From Candidatus Micrarchaeota archaeon (lineage in GTDB: Archaea > Micrarchaeota > Micrarchaeia > Burarchaeales > Fermentimicrarchaeaceae): a DNA stretch of 57,978 bases. The position numbers and the translations under genes were made by a program. This document shows positions 1 through 8,322 of this stretch, in pieces. Numbering within the stretch: position 1 is the first letter of the stretch; each line of letters opens with the position of its first letter. The notes beneath the pieces are model-generated. The model saw nothing but the letters and a program-made list of their open reading frames with translations, had not been told where the DNA came from and made no database searches. The stretch is taken from NCBI GenBank assembly GCA_013425405.1, contig JACCLF010000036.1:1-57978 (forward strand), in the 5' to 3' direction.

Positions 1-831
1 TTTAGGAACATACATATTATTTGAAAAAATCATCAATTCCTGTCCAAATCCCGCTTTAGCCGCACTATAACGTAAATTATACCGTTTTTGTCTATATGAA
101 GCATACAATCTTCTGATGGACTTTACATTATCGTAGGTCAATATCCAATTTTGTGTTTTCAAATTCCTTATCTTTTGGGAGAGTTCTTTATGATCCTCAT
201 CGACATAATAGTTTAGATAAAGATTTTTGCCGTTCACATAGTATGGAGGATCAAAATAAAAAAGCGCTTTCTTAGGAAGTGATTTACTAACTAATTTAAT
301 TAGCTCAGCAGCATCAGAATTATAGAGTTCAATTCGATTCTTATACTGAGAAATCATTCTAATTCGATTTATCAGCTCTTGTTTGTTATATCGGGCATCA
401 ATTTTCCATTTACCACTCTGCTTTAAACCCCCAATAACGCCCGCGTCTAGAATTCCAGAGCGATTAGTTCTGTTTAAAAAGAATGTTGAAAATCCAAGCT
501 CAATAAGACCACATTTCTCTTTAAGCCGTTGTTTCGCCTTTTGTTTTTTCCAAACATTGATATTCACCGGAGTTTTTTCTATAAGACTACAAAGTTTGTC
601 GGTTTCATTCAAAACAGAATACCAGAAAGCATAAATAGAACGATCAATGTCATTGATTATTATTTTTGAAACATAGCCATCTAAAAGTAAGGAAAGGGCA
701 ACAGAAGCACCTCCAGCGTAAGGTTCGATATAAACGCAGTCCAATAATAAATTATCTTTTATGATTTGTTTAAAATAAGGCACAATTTTTCCCTTGCCTC
801 CTGGATACCTTAATGGCGAATAGAGCTTCAT
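1..831 (-). CDS. Dam-family (D12 class) N6-adenine DNA methyltransferase; 3' end runs off the window
   Basis: Reverse-strand frame is open from position 1 to the ATG at 829-831 (277 codons, no stop in window, so it is absent from the ORF track). Own translation: MKLYSPLRYPGGKGKIVPYF..IEPYAGGASV (AdoMet motif I)..FYFDPPYYVNG (DPPY motif IV)..GQELMIFSNNMYVPK. The motif order I then IV matches alpha-group Dam-like enzymes. Confidence 0.85.
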   Translation of the reverse strand, partial: MKLYSPLRYPGGKGKIVPYFKQIIKDNLLLDCVYIEPYAGGASVALSLLLDGYVSKIIINDIDRSIYAFWYSVLNETDKLCSLIEKTPVNINVWKKQKAKQRLKEKCGLIELGFSTFFLNRTNRSGILDAGVIGGLKQSGKWKIDARYNKQELINRIRMISQYKNRIELYNSDAAELIKLVSKSLPKKALFYFDPPYYVNGKNLYLNYYVDEDHKELSQKIRNLKTQNWILTYDNVKSIRRLYASYRQKRYNLRYSAAKAGFGQELMIFSNNMYVPK

Positions 832-838
832 ATAAACA

Positions 839-2179
839 CTATATATTCTCCCAAACTTTTTTCATGAATTCTTCTATGTTATCCCATGCGATGATTAAAT
901 CTTTTGGGGCGGGGGAAAAATGAGGGTTGTGGACGTATGCATGTAATGTGTCGATTCCTAATATGCTGTCTTTATCACTTATTGCAGTTCTGATTCCCTT
1001 AAATACTGTTTTATCTGCAATTTTCTTTGCCACCAACTCGTTGGCTACAGTATTAGCTTTCTTTTTTAACTTTATGTAGTTGCCTTTCTCTGTCGTTGGC
1101 AGTTTATGCTCTATTAAATAGCAATCAATACTTAATTCTACAAAGACTCTTAAAAGTACGGCCGCTGCATTTGTAAATTTATTAGCATCTAGTTTTTGGA
1201 GTTCGTAGTAAATCTTATTGACTTTCGAATTAGTAATTTTCATCACACATTTTTTTGGAATCAGATATCGCCGATGCATTGGAAAAGGTTTCGGAGCTTT
1301 TGCATATTTGGTAGTCGGGGCAGAAGCCGGAGCCCGCCAAGGTTTCACTGCTTTGATATTCGTATTTGGTTTTGAAACAGGATTAAACTTTTGGATATAA
1401 TCTTTTCTGTCATCTTTGGTATAAATCTTTTTTACATTAAAATTTGGATCGAGTAGGTCCTTAGCAACTTGTGTTAATCCTTTGACAACTTCTTTCTCTG
1501 AAATTGAAGATTCGATTATTCCATTATTAAGTTCAATTCCTAAGAACTTTCGAACGTCTGGATCAGAAATTAATCTATCAAGGTTTGTTGTCTTTAATTC
1601 ACCTAAACTGTTCTTTATTTCAGTAGGAACATCGGGTGAAGTTTGAATAATTTTAATAGCTTGCAAAGCAATTGATGACTTCTGTTCTATTTTTTCTCTA
1701 AATCTATCGATTTGTTGAGTAGTCCAACTTACTGTTCCGATTCCGTCATTTTCACCAGTGTGTTTCAATTTAATCCATTTATCTGCTTCTGTGGGTGTAT
1801 CACAAACAGCACATTCGATTTCGTTGGTGGGTCTAGATTTGTACTGATCATGAAGTTTCTTGAATTTGTTTTTTAACGAACTCCTTGCGGGATCATCTAT
1901 CAGTTCGGGATTTGACAAGAGCTTTAAGACAACGATTCTCCTGTTCCCCTCAACTACGTTAAATCTCGTCGTATCATGGCTAGAAGGCGTGACTAGTACA
2001 CGCTCGATTGGATTAAGACCCTCTTCAACTATGTTCTTTGCTAAATTGTAAAGCTTAGCCCCTTGATTTTCGATTATTTTGTCAATAGCTTCCTTTTGGC
2101 TTGCTACCGGTTCAAAACGGTAGTTTTCTGTGCTTACATTAAGATCAGCAATGGGGATTGGTTTAGTAGTAACTGACAT
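839..2179 (-). CDS. ParB/Srx-like N-terminal domain protein (446 aa), function unknown
   Basis: Track ORF. The N-terminal ~90 aa resemble the ParB N-terminal fold (IPIADLNVSTENYR ... FNVVEGNRRIVVLKLL with a GNRR arginine patch). I do not recognise the long C-terminal helical part. Its stop at 839 lies 7 nt before the methyltransferase ATG, so the two form an operon. TATA-like cttatatat (minus) sits ~21 nt upstream of the ATG. Confidence 0.6.
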   Translation of the reverse strand: MSVTTKPIPIADLNVSTENYRFEPVASQKEAIDKIIENQGAKLYNLAKNIVEEGLNPIERVLVTPSSHDTTRFNVVEGNRRIVVLKLLSNPELIDDPARSSLKNKFKKLHDQYKSRPTNEIECAVCDTPTEADKWIKLKHTGENDGIGTVSWTTQQIDRFREKIEQKSSIALQAIKIIQTSPDVPTEIKNSLGELKTTNLDRLISDPDVRKFLGIELNNGIIESSISEKEVVKGLTQVAKDLLDPNFNVKKIYTKDDRKDYIQKFNPVSKPNTNIKAVKPWRAPASAPTTKYAKAPKPFPMHRRYLIPKKCVMKITNSKVNKIYYELQKLDANKFTNAAAVLLRVFVELSIDCYLIEHKLPTTEKGNYIKLKKKANTVANELVAKKIADKTVFKGIRTAISDKDSILGIDTLHAYVHNPHFSPAPKDLIIAWDNIEEFMKKVWENI

Positions 2180-2369
2180 AGTCGTGTTTTCACATTTCGC
2201 ATATATAAGATTGTATGCTAGTCACCTCATTTCCTCGGAAACGCAACGCCCTCAGGTGGTCAGGTCAAGCATCTTCCACGATCGGACGAAGAGTCGTAGC
2301 AGTCTATTTAAACCTTGCCACTCAGAACCAGCTCGGGAACAAGGCAAAATCGCTTGGGCGGGTGGCAAC

Positions 2370-2386
2370 CTGAGCCTAGGGCTCAG
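2370..2386 (-). other. 7-bp stem / 3-nt loop hairpin abutting the tRNA-Glu 3' end
   Basis: ctgagcc-tag-ggctcag is a perfect inverted repeat starting one base after the tRNA discriminator position. Confidence 0.4.
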
Positions 2387-2461
2387 TGCTCCGACCGGGA
2401 TTTGAACCCGGGTCGCAGGCTCGAGAGGCCTGAATCCTTAACCGGACTAGACGATCGGAGC
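2387..2461 (-). tRNA. tRNA-Glu (anticodon CUC), 75 nt, no encoded CCA
   Basis: Hand-folded reverse complement: GCTCCGA/TCGGAGC acceptor, D loop AGTCCGGTTAA, anticodon stem CAGGC/GCCTG with loop CT-CTC-GA, T arm CCGGG-TTCAAAT-CCCGG, discriminator A. Confidence 0.85.
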
Positions 2462-2502
2462 TCAGGTTGTTTATTATCAAGTTCGGTATTTAAAATGTTT
2501 AT

Positions 2503-2937
2503 TCATAGAAACCAGTTGTTAATCTGTTCAACCCTGTCCATCCCCTTGCTGCACTCCTTCAGCGCATTCGGCCTTATCTTTATCAATTCTGAAGTATCCT
2601 TCTTTTTCTTAACAAGCTCTACAACAGCTTGAAAATACTCCATTGCTTCATCTGATTCCCTGCTTCCCTTCTCATAAAAAAACTCCTTATCCCTCTCTAC
2701 AAGCTTTACTATCAATGGATTTTTCTTTTCTACATGCTCAACGCTCCTCAATGAAGAGATTGTGTGCTCAAGCCTCTTTAAATTAATCTCCGCCAGTCCC
2801 AATTCCGCCCTTGCAAAATTTTTATCATTTGAAATAGCCATTTTGAATTCTCTGACGGCATCCTTATACCTCCCTTCTTTTAAGTGCTCTTCCCCTTTAC
2901 TGCATAATGCATCATTCTCTTCTTTTACTTTAAGCAT
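2503..2937 (-). CDS. small TPR-like helical protein (144 aa)
   Basis: Track ORF 2503..3051 trimmed to Met39 (ATG at 2935-2937), because the longer form overlaps tRNA-Val. TPR-like segment GEEHLKEGRYKDAVREFKMAISNDKNFARAELGLAEI. Confidence 0.55.
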   Translation of the reverse strand: MLKVKEENDALCSKGEEHLKEGRYKDAVREFKMAISNDKNFARAELGLAEINLKRLEHTISSLRSVEHVEKKNPLIVKLVERDKEFFYEKGSRESDEAMEYFQAVVELVKKKKDTSELIKIRPNALKECSKGMDRVEQINNWFL

Positions 2938-2960
2938 GTTCCACAACTTCCAAGCAGCAG

Positions 2961-3032
2961 TGGGCCCGCCCGGGATCGAACCGGGGATCTTCAGTGTGTG
3001 AGACTGACGTCTTACCACTCGACTACGGGCCC
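2961..3032 (-). tRNA. tRNA-Val (anticodon CAC), 72 nt
   Basis: Reverse complement: GGGCCCG/CGGGCCC acceptor, anticodon stem TCAGT/ACTGA with loop CT-CAC-AC, T arm CCCGG-TTCGATC-CCGGG, discriminator A. Confidence 0.85.
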
Positions 3033-3115
3033 TCCTTACTTTTAGGAGCAAAACAGTTTAATAAATCCTCCTCTGCTGGCATATATTTTTAAACATCTGA
3101 AGATAATAGTAGCTT

Positions 3116-3748
3116 ATGAGGACAAATGCGGCATTAATTCTCACCATAATCATACTATCCTTCTTAATAGGAGCCTACTTCTACCCGCAGATGCCTGATG
3201 CTTTTGCCTCGCACTGGAATGCAGCAGGCGAGGTTGACAGCTATGCGCCCAAATTGTGGGGTCTGTTTACAATGCCGGTTATCCTCGTTATAATTCTCAT
3301 CTTTATCGTACTCATACCGCGCATAGACCCTCTCAAAGCAAATATCGGGAAGTTCAGGGAATACTACGACACATTCTCAATAATAGTGGCTTTGTTCTTC
3401 TTCTACCTCGACCTGCTTGTGATACTCTGGAATATAGGTGTGAAATTTGACCTGATGCAGCTTCTTGTACCGGCTTTTGCTGTACTGCTCTACTACTCCG
3501 GGGTCCTCACTGAAAATTCTAAGAGGAACTGGTTCATAGGCATACAGACCCCCTGGACAATGAGCAGCGACAAGGTGTGGAACAAAACGAATAAGTTCTG
3601 CGGCAAGCTTTCCAAGGCAACTGCAATCATTGCTCTTTTAGGAATATTCTTTCCGTACTACGCAGTGCTCATCATAGCTATTCCCGTCATAGTTCTAGCT
3701 GTTTATTCGGTCATCTACTCCTACATTGAATATCAGAGGGAACGCTGA
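3116..3748 (+). CDS. SdpI/DUF1648-type integral membrane protein
   Basis: Multi-TM protein with N-terminal HWNAAGEVDSY and C-terminal KRNWFIGIQTPWTMSSDKVW motifs, typical of SdpI/YfhL-like proteins. Confidence 0.7.
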   Translation: MRTNAALILTIIILSFLIGAYFYPQMPDAFASHWNAAGEVDSYAPKLWGLFTMPVILVIILIFIVLIPRIDPLKANIGKFREYYDTFSIIVALFFFYLDLLVILWNIGVKFDLMQLLVPAFAVLLYYSGVLTENSKRNWFIGIQTPWTMSSDKVWNKTNKFCGKLSKATAIIALLGIFFPYYAVLIIAIPVIVLAVYSVIYSYIEYQRER

Positions 3749-3791
3749 AAGCAAAAAGGCTTTAATATACTATTCAACAAAGTTGTTTGCT

Positions 3792-6437
3792 ATGGGAAAG
3801 AAGGAGCTCATACAGAAATTCCAGAAAGACCATGACAAATACTGGAAGGTTGAGCTTTTTGAGAGGGAGGGTTACACCCGGAAGCAGTGCAAAAAATGTG
3901 GGAAGTTCTTCTGGTCGGTTGGCAGTAATGACATATGCCCTGACGCCACATGCACGAGCTACGGGTTCATAGGCAACCCGCCTACAAGCAAGAGGTTCAA
4001 CTACGCAGATACATGGAAGGAAATTGACAAATTCTTCGTTTCAAAAGGCCACGCATCCGTGAGAAGATACCCGGTTGTCTCGCGCTGGAGGCCTGATTTG
4101 TTCTTCACAGTTGCATCCATAATAGACTTCCAGAGAATAGAGAAGGGCCAGGTTGCTTTCGAGCTGCCTGCAAACCCGCTTATAATCCCTCAGGTCTGCA
4201 TGAGGTTCTCGGACATACCGAACATAGGAGTGACCGGCAGGCACTACAGCTCATTCGTCATGGTGGGCCAGCATGCCATTGCCAATGAGAAGGGATACTG
4301 GAAGGATAAATGCATTGATTTGGACTTTGAGCTCGTGAACAGTGTTTTCGGCATTCCCAAGGAGGAGATAGCCTTCGTTGAGGATGCCTGGGTCGGCTAC
4401 GGGGCGTTCGGCTTCTCCCTTGAATACTACGTGAGAGGTTTAGAGCTGGGCAACGCAGTCTTCACCCAATTCCTTGGAGAAATGGACAGCTACAGGGAGA
4501 TGGATGAAAAAATAATTGACATGGGGGCCGGGCTGGAGAGGTTCACCTGGATAACCCAGGGCACGCCCACAAGCTATGATGCGGTTTTCGGCCCCATCAT
4601 TGAGAAAATGAGGAAAGATTCAGGAATTGAGTTTGACATGGAGCTTTTCAACAAATATGCGAAGATAAGCGGTTCCCTTGACATGGACGTCTCAAGCGAT
4701 ATAGGCAGTATGAAAAAAGGAATTGCAAAATCCCTTGGAATAACTGCTGATGAGCTGGAGTCAAAAATTGCTCCGCTGGAGGCAATCTACGCAATCTGCG
4801 ACCATGCCCGAACGCTGGCTTATGCAATAAACGATGGAGCCCTGCCGAGCAATACCGGAGGGGGCTACAACCTCAGGGTTGTCCTCAGAAGGGCATTGAG
4901 CTTTCTGGAGCAGTATGCGTTCCCCTTCCGCATAAGCGACATACTGGAGCTGAACTGCAAGGAGCTGAAACCGCTCTTCCCCGAGCTGCTTGAGAACCTC
5001 CCCCAGATGCAGAAAATAATAGACGTTGAGGAGAAGAGGTATGACGCAACAGTAAAGATATCCAGAAGGATTGTTGCGGACATACTTGGCGAGGGCAAAA
5101 AATTCTCTTCGAATGAGCTCGCAAAGCTCTACGAATCGCAGGGCATAACCCCCGAGCTCATACAAAAGGTTGCCAGGGAGGGGAAGGTGAACATCCAGAT
5201 TCCATCTGACTTCTACGACTCTCTTACTAAGAACCACATAACCGTGAAGGAGGAGAAATCTCCCTTTGATGCAACTGGCCTGCCGGAGACCAGAGCTGTT
5301 TACTACGAGGATGCGGAAAAGCTGGAGCTTGACTCCACTGTCATTGCAATAAGGAATGGGGCAGTTGTCCTTGATGCCACAATATTCTACCCCGAGGGAG
5401 GGGGGCAGGTTGCGGACCTTGGCACAATCAATGGAGTCAAAGTCTTGGATGTGCAGAAAGTCGCAGGCGTCATATTTCACAGAGTTGAGAAGCTTGACTT
5501 CAGCGAGGGGCAGAGAGTCTACATTCACGTTGACGGTGAGACCAGGAAAGCCCTCATGAGGCACCACAGCGCTACGCACATACTGAACTACGCCTGCAGG
5601 AAAGTTCTCGGAAATCATGTCTGGCAGGCAGGGGCAAAGAAGGAAAAGGAGAGGGCGCACCTTGACATAACGCACTATGAAAAACTCTTGCCAGAGCAGA
5701 CAAAGCAGATAGAGCTGGTTGCAAACAGAATTGTGCTGGAAGACAGGAAGATAAAAATAACCAACATGGACAGGAGCGAGGCCGAGAAGGAATACGGCTT
5801 CACGATATACCAGGGCGGCGCATCTCCTGGCAGGCTGATAAGGATAGTGGAGATTGAGGGCGGAGTTGATGTCGAGGCATGCGGTGGGCTTCATCTGCCC
5901 AGCACTGGAAAAGTTGGAATGATCAAGATAATAACGGAGGAGAGGATTCAAGATGGGGTGAGCAGGATTGAGTTCGTTGCTGGAGAAGCAGCCTTAAACT
6001 ACATCCAAAAGGAGGCTGAGGTGCTGAGAGAAGCTTCCGAGAAGCTCAAAGTATCCCCCGAGCAGCTTGTCTCAACTGAAGAGCGCTTCTTCTCAGAGTG
6101 GAAGGAGAGGGGCAAGAAGCTTGGGGAGCTTGAGGAGCGCATTGCCGAGCTGGAGGCTGAGAAGCTTTTGCCTGAAGCAAAGGGCGGCATTGTAAGAAAG
6201 GTGCTGAATGTTGATGTCAAACTTCTTGAAAAGATTGCGCTCTGCATATCTGAGAGGGACGTTACAGCAGTTCTTGCAAACCAGAACAATGACGTTGTTG
6301 CAGCAACCTTTGAGAATTCCGAGCTGGACGCGAGCAAGCTCCTTTCGCAACTGTACTCAAAGTTCGGGGGAGCAGGAGGAGGGAGTAAGAGGTTCGCTAG
6401 GGGCAGAACCAAAGAAAAAGTCTCCTTCTCCAGTTAG
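3792..6437 (+). CDS. alaS: alanine--tRNA ligase, archaeal type
   Basis: Track ORF trimmed to MGKKELIQKF. N-terminal zinc-ribbon-like CKKCGKFFWS, long catalytic and editing regions (HHSATHIL), about 880 aa as in archaeal AlaRS. Confidence 0.95.
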   Translation: MGKKELIQKFQKDHDKYWKVELFEREGYTRKQCKKCGKFFWSVGSNDICPDATCTSYGFIGNPPTSKRFNYADTWKEIDKFFVSKGHASVRRYPVVSRWRPDLFFTVASIIDFQRIEKGQVAFELPANPLIIPQVCMRFSDIPNIGVTGRHYSSFVMVGQHAIANEKGYWKDKCIDLDFELVNSVFGIPKEEIAFVEDAWVGYGAFGFSLEYYVRGLELGNAVFTQFLGEMDSYREMDEKIIDMGAGLERFTWITQGTPTSYDAVFGPIIEKMRKDSGIEFDMELFNKYAKISGSLDMDVSSDIGSMKKGIAKSLGITADELESKIAPLEAIYAICDHARTLAYAINDGALPSNTGGGYNLRVVLRRALSFLEQYAFPFRISDILELNCKELKPLFPELLENLPQMQKIIDVEEKRYDATVKISRRIVADILGEGKKFSSNELAKLYESQGITPELIQKVAREGKVNIQIPSDFYDSLTKNHITVKEEKSPFDATGLPETRAVYYEDAEKLELDSTVIAIRNGAVVLDATIFYPEGGGQVADLGTINGVKVLDVQKVAGVIFHRVEKLDFSEGQRVYIHVDGETRKALMRHHSATHILNYACRKVLGNHVWQAGAKKEKERAHLDITHYEKLLPEQTKQIELVANRIVLEDRKIKITNMDRSEAEKEYGFTIYQGGASPGRLIRIVEIEGGVDVEACGGLHLPSTGKVGMIKIITEERIQDGVSRIEFVAGEAALNYIQKEAEVLREASEKLKVSPEQLVSTEERFFSEWKERGKKLGELEERIAELEAEKLLPEAKGGIVRKVLNVDVKLLEKIALCISERDVTAVLANQNNDVVAATFENSELDASKLLSQLYSKFGGAGGGSKRFARGRTKEKVSFSS

Positions 6438-7000
6438 ACTTTTATTATTTTATAGCTCTCCAGCCACTCCCTTGCCTTCTTCTTTATAGAACTGTGCTTT
6501 GAGCGGCTGGCTATCCCTTGCATGTGGGGTATCTTCTCCTCGTTTTTCAGCTGGTTTCTAAGTATGAGACTCAGCGTCCTCTTCGCAACTGAGAGGTGCT
6601 TCGTGTGCGCCCCTATGTAATCGGCATGCTTCAGTTTATCCCTGTCGTCAATCTCGCTTTTTTCTATGTAATCCAGCGCGTCTATGGCAACTGGCTCGTG
6701 GCTTGAGAAGCTGGCAACCAGTTTTGCCTTGTCAAGCTTATCGCTCTGGGGCATTACACCTCCTTCTATTCTCTCCCAGGCGTTCTCAGCAACCGAGAGA
6801 TGGGGCGCAAATATTGCGGTGTCCCCGAAGTAATGGCTCTTGTCCCACTCCGAGAGCATCTTGCTTCCGGCAATGATGTCAACTGCAGTACGCCCAACTC
6901 CCTCATCGTGATTCGTCACTGCAGCCTGGTGGAGCTTCGCATAGTTGCTCAAAAAAAGTCCTAACCTGTCCTTCAGGGACACATCCTTGCTCTTCTTCAT
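6434..7000 (-). CDS. hypothetical protein (188 aa)
   Basis: Track ORF, convergent with alaS; the two stop codons overlap (TTAG at 6434-6437). No motif recognised. Confidence 0.5.
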   Translation of the reverse strand: MKKSKDVSLKDRLGLFLSNYAKLHQAAVTNHDEGVGRTAVDIIAGSKMLSEWDKSHYFGDTAIFAPHLSVAENAWERIEGGVMPQSDKLDKAKLVASFSSHEPVAIDALDYIEKSEIDDRDKLKHADYIGAHTKHLSVAKRTLSLILRNQLKNEEKIPHMQGIASRSKHSSIKKKAREWLESYKIIKV

Positions 7001-7143
7001 AACTTCTATTTTTACAACTTCTAATATATTAAATTATCCTATCTTGGCAGCTTTCCTTGACCCTATCTCTTTCAGCCATCTCACTGACTAGAGGACAGCA
7101 ATGAAAGCCTTATATATCTTTTCAGTTATATATCTAATCAGAT

Positions 7144-7620
7144 ATGAAAGTATTTGCAAAAGGCCTGCTGAACCTTTTCATACTCTGCGAGGCGGAGAAG
7201 CCGGTTTCCGGCAAAAAGATAACGAAGAGAATAACCGAACTCACATACGGGAAGTGGAAACCCAGCCCAGGAGTCATATACCCTCTGCTGAGAAAAATGG
7301 AGATGGAGGGACTTATTAAATCCGACCTCTCAGAAGGCGAGGGGAGAAGGGAGATAACCTACGTGATTACGGCCCATGGCAAGAAACATCTCGCAGAAGG
7401 CAGGGAGAGGATGATGCATAAGGGAGACATGTCAACAATATTCCTGCCGCTCATAACCAAGGTGATATACAACTTTGATGATGACGAAATAAAGGAGCTT
7501 GTAGAAGAATTTGAGAAATTCAACAAGCTGAGGGAGAAATTCATCGAACTTCCTGAAAAGAAAAGGAAGGAGGCATTTCTCAAGATATGCAGTCTTTTTG
7601 AAAAACTCGTGGAATCGTGA
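7144..7620 (+). CDS. PadR-family transcriptional regulator
   Basis: Winged-helix signature KPVSGKKITKRITELTYGKWKPSPGVIYPLLRKMEMEGLI. First gene of the ABC operon. Confidence 0.8.
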   Translation: MKVFAKGLLNLFILCEAEKPVSGKKITKRITELTYGKWKPSPGVIYPLLRKMEMEGLIKSDLSEGEGRREITYVITAHGKKHLAEGRERMMHKGDMSTIFLPLITKVIYNFDDDEIKELVEEFEKFNKLREKFIELPEKKRKEAFLKICSLFEKLVES

Positions 7621-7626
7621 TTCGTA

Positions 7627-8322
7627 GTGAGTTCTATGGATGAAGTAATAAAAGTTGAAAACCTCAAGAAAATGTACCTCATGGGAGATTATAAGCTGGA
7701 TGTTCTGAGAGGGATAGACCTCACAGTCAGGAGGGGAGATGCCCTCTCCATAATGGGCCCCTCGGGAAGCGGAAAAAGCACACTGATTCAGATAATGGGA
7801 TGCCTTGACAAGCCCACAAGCGGCAAGATGTACATAGATGGGATAGATGTCTCAACAATGAGCGATGATGAGCTCGCGGAGATAAGGAGCAAGAAAGTAG
7901 GCTTCGTCTTCCAATCCTTCTTCCTCATCCCCACAATGAATGCAGTGCAGAATGTTGAGCTGCCGATGATTTTCAACGGCTTCTCCCTTGAAGAGAGGCA
8001 CAGGAGGGCATTAGAGATTCTTGATCTAGTGGGGCTTGGAGAGAGGGCCGAGCACAAACCTTCAGAGCTCAGCGGCGGCGAGAGGCAGAGGGCGGCAATA
8101 GCCCGCGCATTGGCAAATGACCCGCGCATAATTTTTGCAGATGAGCCGACAGGCAACCTGGATTCAAAATCAGGCGAAGAGATAATCAACCTCCTAATGA
8201 AGCTTAATAAAAAAGGTTATACAATAATAATTGTTACGCACAATATTAACATAGCAAGGCATGCTAAAAAGATAATTCACATAAAGGATGGGCTTATAGA
8301 AAAAACTGAGGTGGTGAAGTGA
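7627..8322 (+). CDS. ABC transporter ATP-binding protein (MacB/LolD-like)
   Basis: Walker A GPSGSGKST, signature LSGGERQR, Walker B IIFADEPTGNLD. Confidence 0.95.
   Translation: MSSMDEVIKVENLKKMYLMGDYKLDVLRGIDLTVRRGDALSIMGPSGSGKSTLIQIMGCLDKPTSGKMYIDGIDVSTMSDDELAEIRSKKVGFVFQSFFLIPTMNAVQNVELPMIFNGFSLEERHRRALEILDLVGLGERAEHKPSELSGGERQRAAIARALANDPRIIFADEPTGNLDSKSGEEIINLLMKLNKKGYTIIIVTHNINIARHAKKIIHIKDGLIEKTEVVK

Noticed and set aside
2938-3051. N-terminal extension of ORF 2503..3051 (first 38 codons)
   Set aside because: It overlaps tRNA-Val on the same strand. The Arg-rich peptide is simply the tRNA sequence translated, so I used Met39 instead.
4761-5951. 396-aa minus-strand ORF, and other long antisense ORFs (17300-18235, 18470-19642, 19438-20265, 20475-21434, 45705-46466, 57100-57825, 383-634)
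   Set aside because: Each lies entirely opposite a confidently identified gene (alaS, e2b2, ftsZ, spt5/rpl11, trm1, hisS, dam). Their translations are low-complexity Ser/Leu/Pro/Cys-rich junk typical of shadow frames. No motifs recognised.
6434-6437. Overlapping convergent stop codons of alaS and the 188-aa gene (TTAG)
   Set aside because: This is a trivial consequence of tight packing and has no functional implication I can support.
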